Of a stretch of DNA of 33,009 bases, positions 26,630 to 33,009 are shown one piece after another. The DNA is from Actinomycetota bacterium (GTDB lineage Bacteria > Actinomycetota > Actinomycetes > Actinomycetales > Microbacteriaceae): contig WLGA01000001.1 of the NCBI GenBank assembly GCA_009703445.1, positions 1 to 33,009 of the forward strand, read 5' to 3'. Within the stretch, counting starts at the first letter, position 1. Every line of letters begins with the position of its first letter. The notes under the pieces are model-generated. The model worked only from the letters and a program-made list of their open reading frames with translations, had not been told where the DNA came from and searched no databases. The position numbers and the translations under genes are program-made.

Positions 26630-27808
26630 CTAACTCACGAGCCCGCGAGCGAACTCGGTTGCGTCAAAGAACGCAAAATCATTTATACCTTCGCCAACAC
26701 CAACAAGCTTCACTGGGATGCCCAATTCACGCTGAATCGAGTAGACGATTCCGCCCTTGGCAGTGCCGTCTAGCTTGGTCAGAACTACACCGGTAACGTT
26801 TGCAATCTCGGCAAAGGCCTTCGCCTGAGACATGCCGTTCTGGCCGGTGGTTGCGTCTAGAACCAGCAACACCTCACTGATTTTCGCCTGCTTCTCAATC
26901 ACGCGGCGGATCTTGTCGAGCTCACCCATGAGGTCAGTCTTATTTTGCAGGCGCCCAGCGGTGTCAATAATCACGATGTCGGCGTCATCCTTGATTGCTG
27001 CTTCGACAGCCTCGAAAGCCACGGATGCAGGATCTTGACCCTCGGTCTTTGGGCGAATCAAAGTTGCCCCGGCGCGGTCAGCCCAGGTCGCAACCTGCTC
27101 AACTGCTGCAGCTCGGAAGGTGTCGGCGGCACCGATAAACACCTTCCACTCCCCTTCGCTAAGCCAGTTAGCCAGTTTGCCGATGGTCGTGGTTTTGCCC
27201 ACACCATTCACGCCAACGACCAAGAACACGTATGGGAGTTTGCCATCGCTTAGGTTCAGAGCCTTGTCGTCGCGCTCTAGATTCTCAGCGATTACGGCCG
27301 CCAGAATGTCCTTCAGGTCTTGCTCTGACGTTGCGCCCGACTTCTTGGCTCGATCCTTCACCGATTCGACAATTGCCATGGATGCGTCGATGCCGAAGTC
27401 GGCTTGGATCAGGATGTCTTCGAGTTCGTCTAGGTTCTCTGGGTTGAACTTAACGCGGCTAAACAGCGACCGGATGCCCTTTTTGGCGCTGCGCTTCGGC
27501 AATTCAACGGCAACCAGTTCCGGCTCAGGCTCTGGCTCAGGCTCAGTAGCTGGTTCCGGCTCGGGGGCAGATTCTGGCTCTGGCTCTGGGGTCGGTTCAA
27601 GCTCCGGGGTCTGGTCAGGTTCTTCGTGGGACGGAATGGATTCCGCGGCGACATATGCGGCCTCAGCCGCATCGGCGACAAGGGATTCATTCGTCTCATT
27701 GACTTCTGGGAGTTCGACTACAGGCGCCTCAACGACCTCTGGCACCTCAACCACAGGCGCTTCAACCTCAGCTGTGCGCTTCTTCTTCCAAAACAGGAAC
27801 CCGGCCAC
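26630..27808 (-). CDS. ftsY: SRP receptor FtsY
   Basis: GVNGVGKTTTIGKLA, DTFRAAA, DTAGRLQ and TKLDGTAKGG, with an acidic N-terminal region. Confidence 0.97.
   Translation of the reverse strand: MAGFLFWKKKRTAEVEAPVVEVPEVVEAPVVELPEVNETNESLVADAAEAAYVAAESIPSHEEPDQTPELEPTPEPEPESAPEPEPATEPEPEPEPELVAVELPKRSAKKGIRSLFSRVKFNPENLDELEDILIQADFGIDASMAIVESVKDRAKKSGATSEQDLKDILAAVIAENLERDDKALNLSDGKLPYVFLVVGVNGVGKTTTIGKLANWLSEGEWKVFIGAADTFRAAAVEQVATWADRAGATLIRPKTEGQDPASVAFEAVEAAIKDDADIVIIDTAGRLQNKTDLMGELDKIRRVIEKQAKISEVLLVLDATTGQNGMSQAKAFAEIANVTGVVLTKLDGTAKGGIVYSIQRELGIPVKLVGVGEGINDFAFFDATEFARGLVS
27521..27612 (-). repeat. Pro-Glu dipeptide repeat in the FtsY N-terminal region
   Basis: Degenerate GGCTCN hexamers encode PELEPTPEPEPESAPEPEPATEPEPEPEPE. 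Confidence 0.8.
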
Positions 27809-27810
27809 GA

Positions 27811-30800
27811 CTAACCCTTGTCCAGCAAGCGTTGACCAACCACAGCCGAGACGCCATCCTGGCGCATTGAGACGCCGTATAGGGCGTCCGCAATCTCCAT
27901 GGTGCGCTTCTGGTGGGTAATGATGATCAGCTGCGAGCTTGAGCGCAGGTCTTCAAAAATCTTGAGCAGGCGGCCAAGGTTTGCATCGTCGAGGGCCGCC
28001 TCAACCTCATCCATGACATAGAACGGCGATGGGCGCGCCTTGAAGATGGCAACCATAAGTGCAACGGCTGCCAGCGAACGCTCACCACCCGAAAGCAATG
28101 AGAGACGCTCGATGCGCTTACCGGCTGGCTTTACGGTGACCTCTAGGCCGGTGGTGAGCATGTCATCCGGGTTGGTCAAGAAAATCGAGCCGGTTCCGCC
28201 TGGGAAGAGTGTTGGGAATACCGTTTCGAAAGCCTTGCGAGTGTCTTCGAATGCGTCCGCGAAGATGGTCTGCATCTTTGCATCTAACTCGTCGATGATC
28301 TGGAGCAGGTCCTTGCGGGTCTGGGTCAGGTCGGCTAGTTGCTCGGTCAGGAACTTGTGACGCTGCTCGAGAGCCGCAAATTCTTCGAGGGCCAGCGGGT
28401 TTACCTTGCCGAGGCGCTCGAATAGTCGCTCCGATTCACGCAAACGCTTGGTTTGCTCTTCACGGTTGAACTCTTCATCTGGCGCGTATTCGGCTAGCAA
28501 GACATTTTGCTCTAGGCCAAGTTCGTCATTCGCACGTGACACAAGGTTTGCCAGGTTGAGGCGCTTCTCGTGGTTGTTCATTTCGAAGTCGTGCACGCTC
28601 TGGGTGAGGGTGGCAAGCTTCATCTGAATTTCGGCAGTTTCACCGCGAAGTCGAACCAGTTCTTGGTTCTGATGCGCGCGTGCGGCCTCTAGCTCGTGCA
28701 GACGAACCTTGGCTTGTGATGCGCTCTCGGCTACTGCATTCATAAGAATCGGCAGCGCTTCAAGCACTCGACGTGCACTTGCTAGTTGTTTGGCCTGCGC
28801 TGCGGCTGCGATTTTGGCTTTTTCGATGGCCTCTTGAGCTTCTGAAATCTGCTCGCGCAGACCCTTTGCGCGATCGGCTTCAACACGAACACGTTCAACG
28901 GCAGCACCGAGGTCAACGCGCATCTCGAGCTCTCGCTGACGCTCTTGTTCTAGATTCTCCGAGAGAGTCTGGCGGTTTGCCAGGTCTAGCGCCGGTCGCT
29001 CCTGCGAGGCAAATTTGTCGTGAGCAGCAACGGCTTCGGCGAGCGCCTCTTCTGCGACAGCAATCGAAGCCACGGCCTGTTCTGCAACGCGCGATAGACG
29101 GTCGACTTCGGCATCCGAAGCTTCAACCTGAACGCGCAGGCGGCCCAACTTCTCAGCATTTGCAGCCAAGGTTGCGTCGTGCTGGTTGAGAGTGGCTAGC
29201 GCATCTTTGGCAGAGTTCTTGGCTGCTTCCTCGGTTGATCTGGCCTGGGCCAGCTCACCCTTGAGGTCATCAATCTGCTTTGAGACCTTAGCCAGCTTGG
29301 CTTCGGCACCATCACGCTCAGCCACTAGCTCAAGCTTCGAAGGCTTGTTGGCAGAGCCACCACGGATGATGGACTCGGTTAAGACGTCTCCATCCAAGGT
29401 GATCAAAACGAGTTTTAGCGCGCCCTTATCGGCCTTATAGAGAGAACGGGCCGCTTCTAGGTCATCAACGATTACGACATCGGCTAGCAAGGCGAGTACG
29501 CCGGATGGAGCCTCGACAACCTCTGCTGCTGGGCGAGCGCCGGCTACCGACGGGAGTGACCCCGCCTTACCCTTTGCGTCGACATCAGCGACAATCAGTT
29601 CGACGCGACCACCGTCGGCCTTCTTCAGGTGTTCGATAGCGGCCAAACCGTCTTCGCGAGAATCTGCCACCAGCGCATCGGCCAACGGGCCAAGGGCTGC
29701 CGCAATCGCGGTCTCGAAACCGTTTTGAATCTTCATGTGGCTAGCAACTAGCCCTCGGATGCCGCGCAACCCAGCCGCGGATAGCTCGGATGCACCATCC
29801 TTCTGTTCAAGCATTAGGTTCAGCGCAGAACGCTTCGCCGACAGTGAGTCACGCTCTCGCTCAGCACCGTGCAACTCATCGCGAACCGATTCAATCTTGG
29901 CGGCGGCTTCAGATACGGCTTTCTGAGCTGCTTCATAGCGAGCCTCAAGGCCGTTATCGGCATCCTTGGCGCCTGAATCAGACTGCAACTGAGCGTCTAG
30001 TGCTTCATACTCCGCCTGGCGAGCCGCCCGACGCTCCTGAGCCTCGGCTAACGCACTCTGGTGACGAGCTACCTCGTCACGCTTGCTTGCCAATCGAGAT
30101 TCGGCAACGGCGGCCTCATTGGCCAGACGCGACTTGTCTAGGTCAAACTTTGAAATCAGGGCGTTCTGTTCGGCGACCTCGTTGTCGAACTTCTCGAGCA
30201 CATCACGGGCTTCACTGCGAGCCAGTTCGGCTTGGTGCAACCCGGCCTTGAGTGCCTCAACTGCCAACGCCAGGTCTGCACCGGATTTCTCGGCTGCTAC
30301 GGCCTCGGCCTCAAGTGCACTCGGGTCAATTTGTGCGCCGGCAACGTCTGCCTGCGAACCGAGCAAAGCAACTCGCTGGTTGGCGATTGAGAGCAGCGAA
30401 CGCAGGCGCTCAGCCAATGAATCGAACTGGTATGAAAGGTTGCGCGCGGTATCTAGTTCGGTTGAAACCTGAGCCGCTTCGAGGTGACCCAAACGGGCCG
30501 TGTTCTCGGTTAGGAGCGTCTGAAGAATATTGCGCTCGCCTCTGCGATCGGCCTCGCTCTTGGCTGTTTCTTCAAGAGCCTTGTGCAGGTCGATGATATC
30601 TGCAGCCAGGATGCGCGCCTTAGCGTCGCGAACGGTAGCGGCGATGCCCTGTGCCTCGCGTGCCACCTCGGCCTGCTGACCAAGTGGTTTCAACTGACGA
30701 CGAACTTCGCCCGCCAAATCGTTCAGGCGGGTCAGGTTTGCCTGCATCGCCTCGAGCTTGCGTTGAGTCTTCTCCTTGCGGCGGCGGTGCTTCAAGATTC

Positions 30801-31296
30801 CGGCGGCCTCTTCGATGAAACCACGGCGTTCCTCAGGCGTAGCGCGCAAGACGCTATCCAGCTGACCCTGTCCGACGATTACGTGCATCTCGCGACCGAG
30901 ACCCGAGTCGCTCAAGAGTTCTTGGACATCCAGTAGGCGGCAAGCATCGCCGTTGATTGCATACTCACTGCCACCGTTGCGGAAAAGCGTGCGAGAAATA
31001 GTGACTTCGGTGTAGTCAATCGGCAGGGCACCATCCGTGTTGTCGATGGTGAGGATGACCTCGGCTCGACCCAGAGGACCCTTGGTTGAGGTTCCGGCAA
31101 AGATGACGTCTTCCATCTTGCCGCCGCGAAGACTCTTCGCACCCTGCTCACCCATTACCCAGGCGAGGGCGTCTACAACGTTTGACTTGCCCGAACCGTT
31201 TGGCCCGACAACTGCGGTAACACCTGGCTCGAACGCAAAGGTGGTCGGCTGAGCAAATGACTTAAATCCCTTGAGGGTGAGGCTCTTTAGATACAA
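27811..31296 (-). CDS. smc: Chromosome segregation protein SMC
   Basis: LKGFKSFA, Walker A GPNGSGKSN, coiled coils, hinge region, signature LSGGERSL and Walker B MDEVEAALD; TTG start with SD GGGGAG. Confidence 0.98.
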   Translation of the reverse strand: MYLKSLTLKGFKSFAQPTTFAFEPGVTAVVGPNGSGKSNVVDALAWVMGEQGAKSLRGGKMEDVIFAGTSTKGPLGRAEVILTIDNTDGALPIDYTEVTISRTLFRNGGSEYAINGDACRLLDVQELLSDSGLGREMHVIVGQGQLDSVLRATPEERRGFIEEAAGILKHRRRKEKTQRKLEAMQANLTRLNDLAGEVRRQLKPLGQQAEVAREAQGIAATVRDAKARILAADIIDLHKALEETAKSEADRRGERNILQTLLTENTARLGHLEAAQVSTELDTARNLSYQFDSLAERLRSLLSIANQRVALLGSQADVAGAQIDPSALEAEAVAAEKSGADLALAVEALKAGLHQAELARSEARDVLEKFDNEVAEQNALISKFDLDKSRLANEAAVAESRLASKRDEVARHQSALAEAQERRAARQAEYEALDAQLQSDSGAKDADNGLEARYEAAQKAVSEAAAKIESVRDELHGAERERDSLSAKRSALNLMLEQKDGASELSAAGLRGIRGLVASHMKIQNGFETAIAAALGPLADALVADSREDGLAAIEHLKKADGGRVELIVADVDAKGKAGSLPSVAGARPAAEVVEAPSGVLALLADVVIVDDLEAARSLYKADKGALKLVLITLDGDVLTESIIRGGSANKPSKLELVAERDGAEAKLAKVSKQIDDLKGELAQARSTEEAAKNSAKDALATLNQHDATLAANAEKLGRLRVQVEASDAEVDRLSRVAEQAVASIAVAEEALAEAVAAHDKFASQERPALDLANRQTLSENLEQERQRELEMRVDLGAAVERVRVEADRAKGLREQISEAQEAIEKAKIAAAAQAKQLASARRVLEALPILMNAVAESASQAKVRLHELEAARAHQNQELVRLRGETAEIQMKLATLTQSVHDFEMNNHEKRLNLANLVSRANDELGLEQNVLLAEYAPDEEFNREEQTKRLRESERLFERLGKVNPLALEEFAALEQRHKFLTEQLADLTQTRKDLLQIIDELDAKMQTIFADAFEDTRKAFETVFPTLFPGGTGSIFLTNPDDMLTTGLEVTVKPAGKRIERLSLLSGGERSLAAVALMVAIFKARPSPFYVMDEVEAALDDANLGRLLKIFEDLRSSSQLIIITHQKRTMEIADALYGVSMRQDGVSAVVGQRLLDKG

Positions 31297-31397
31297 GCTG
31301 AGTCACTCCCCTTAGGCTGCATCGACGATGGTGCGCCGGAAATGCGCAGTACTCAAAATTACCGCATTATGATGGCGGTTTTCGCCAATGGAAGGGG

Positions 31398-32351
31398 TTA
31401 GCCCTTGAGTTTTTGACACTTCGGGCAGAAGTGAGATCCGCGGTTCATCCAGTTTTCTCTTTTGATCTGAGTTCCGCAGCGTTTGCAAGGAATTCCGGTC
31501 ATGCCGTATGCGTTCAAAGAGACCGCAAAATAGCCAGATTCACCGTTGACGTTCTTGTATTGTTCGTCGAAACTCGTGCCACCCTCGGTGACCGCCTTAG
31601 CCAAAATCTCGCGAACGTGCTGCAAGAGCTCCTTAGCCTTTGGCCCGGTGAGAGAAGCTGCCGGCTGGTCGTAGTGCAACTGCGAACGCCAAAGGGCTTC
31701 GTCGGCGTAGATATTGCCAATCCCGCTCAGGGTTTGCTGATCCAGCAACACCCGTTTGATGCCCGAATTCTTCTTCTTCAACTTGGCAATCACAAACTTC
31801 TCGTCGAAGTCTTCATCCAGTGGGTCGCGCATGATATGAGCTGCTGAGGCTGGGATGAGGTTCCGCCACCAAGTCGATTCGCCATCGGAAGAAACCCCAA
31901 GGCCGTTACTGAATCCGCCTGGCAACCCATCCGGGGTTGGCACCAAGTCGTCGATCGCAAGGGACCCGAACAGGCGCTGGTCGATAAAGCGCATTTCGAC
32001 TTTTTCGCCATCTTCTGAAATCGCATGGATGACAACGCGCGTTAGCTTGTCTTCGGTGAATCCTGGGGTTCGAAGCAGCATCTGCCCGCTCATACCGAGG
32101 TGGCCAACCATGGCAAGTTTGTGCCCCGGGTTGCGGCCTGCCGGAAGCTCTAGCGGCATCCAGAGAAACTTGCCTCGTCTCACGACTGCCAGAATTTTGG
32201 CGCCCACCATGGTCGCGATGAAGTCTTCCACCCCGCCGATGTGGCGTTTGAACGAACGGGCATCGAGAACATCGATGGCGGTAACGGTTGCGTTGGTAAG
32301 CGCCGGAGCCAAACCGGCTCGAACGGTTTCAACCTCAGGTAACTCTGGCAT
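31398..32351 (-). CDS. mutM: Formamidopyrimidine-DNA glycosylase Fpg/MutM
   Basis: MPELPEVETV, RRGKFL, HLGMSGQ, H2TH motif GIGNIYADEAL and zinc finger CKRC...CPKCQ. Confidence 0.97.
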   Translation of the reverse strand: MPELPEVETVRAGLAPALTNATVTAIDVLDARSFKRHIGGVEDFIATMVGAKILAVVRRGKFLWMPLELPAGRNPGHKLAMVGHLGMSGQMLLRTPGFTEDKLTRVVIHAISEDGEKVEMRFIDQRLFGSLAIDDLVPTPDGLPGGFSNGLGVSSDGESTWWRNLIPASAAHIMRDPLDEDFDEKFVIAKLKKKNSGIKRVLLDQQTLSGIGNIYADEALWRSQLHYDQPAASLTGPKAKELLQHVREILAKAVTEGGTSFDEQYKNVNGESGYFAVSLNAYGMTGIPCKRCGTQIKRENWMNRGSHFCPKCQKLKG

Positions 32352-33009
32352 TACTTTGACTTTTTAGGCTTTGGCAGCTTCGCGAGTGCGTCGATTGCTG
32401 CCTGAGTTTCGGCAAGCTTCTTGCTGCGACCTTGGCCGGATCCAAGGACCTTGCCATCGATACTCACGGTTGCAAAGAATGTGCGGTCGTGATCTGGACC
32501 CTCATGGGTGGTGACGTATTCGGGGGCCGGCTTCGATTGCGCCTGCGCTATCTCACCGAGAGTAGTTTTTGGATCACTGTTGGCGCGAAGTGAATCGGTG
32601 TCTTCAAGCAGCGGAAAGACCAACTTGCGAATGATGCCCTCGGCTGCCTCTAAACCCTTTGACACGTATGCTGCGCCGAGAATGGCTTCGAACGCGTCGG
32701 CGAGAAGGTTTGGCTTTTCACGGCCACCAGTCTGGTCTTCACCCTTGCCCAGGCGAAGAAACTCACCGAGCCCGATCGAGGTGGCTACCTGCGAAAGCGC
32801 GGTTGCCGAAACGACTGCGTTCTTCACCTTGGTTAGCTCGCCCTCAGGAAGGTCGGTGAGCAGATCGTGAATATGTGCAGTTACAACAAAACCCAACACC
32901 GAGTCCCCGAGAAACTCGAGGCGTTCGTTGTTGGGTGTGTTGCCATTCTCATACGCGTATGAGCGATGGGTAAGTGCGAGTTCGAGCAGCTGTGGCTCGA
33001 TGTCAACGC
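32351..33009 (-). CDS. rnc: Ribonuclease III, 5'-truncated by the window edge
   Basis: The frame is open to the window end (VDIEPQLLELALTHRSYAYENGNTPNNERLEFLGDSVLG). ADAFEAILGA and a dsRBD (GPDHDRTF...GRSKKLAETQAA) follow. Confidence 0.97.
   Translation of the reverse strand, partial: VDIEPQLLELALTHRSYAYENGNTPNNERLEFLGDSVLGFVVTAHIHDLLTDLPEGELTKVKNAVVSATALSQVATSIGLGEFLRLGKGEDQTGGREKPNLLADAFEAILGAAYVSKGLEAAEGIIRKLVFPLLEDTDSLRANSDPKTTLGEIAQAQSKPAPEYVTTHEGPDHDRTFFATVSIDGKVLGSGQGRSKKLAETQAAIDALAKLPKPKKSK

Noticed and set aside
27120-27920. 266-aa plus-strand ORF with GSGSGS repeats
   Set aside because: It is the antisense shadow of ftsY; the Gly-Ser run is the reverse complement of the Pro-Glu repeat.
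31340-31385. Possible dif site or terminator between mutM and smc (CATTATG with a short inverted repeat)
   Set aside because: It lacks the XerD arm (TTATGTNAA) and a matching XerC arm. The hairpin is short and imperfect, so I did not call it.

Overview
A gene-dense core-chromosome window from an actinobacterium, most likely a streamlined Microbacteriaceae of the Rhodoluna/Aquiluna type (inferred from protein style, gene order and moderate GC). It holds 34 CDS, most on the minus strand: glgE (5'-truncated) and glgB; a YbbN/CnoX-like thioredoxin-TPR protein; an envelope and cell-division block (568-aa membrane protein, two DivIVA-domain proteins, AI-2E transporter, alpha/beta hydrolase, small Cys/His protein, lytic transglycosylase, secreted DUF1524 HNH nuclease); rpsB-tsf-pyrH-frr-cdsA; an M23 peptidase; yraN-comM-dprA-xerC; lepB-rnhB-DUF2469; rpsP-khpA-rimM-trmD-rplS; and rnc (5'-truncated)-mutM-smc-ftsY-ffh. 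I found no rRNA, tRNA, CRISPR array, IS element or prophage, and no clear-cut novel multi-gene system. The best leads are: rimM has no ATG/GTG/TTG before its conserved N-terminus and appears to start at ATT; a DnaA-box-like 9-mer lies 50-51 nt upstream of both yraN and the M23 gene; the 568-aa protein has an internal lipoprotein signal; a secreted HNH nuclease sits inside a DivIVA/transglycosylase gene run; several genes look leaderless; and rplS, rpsP and rpsB have structured leaders. Several ORF-track starts were corrected by hand. All product calls come from motif recognition, not database searches.
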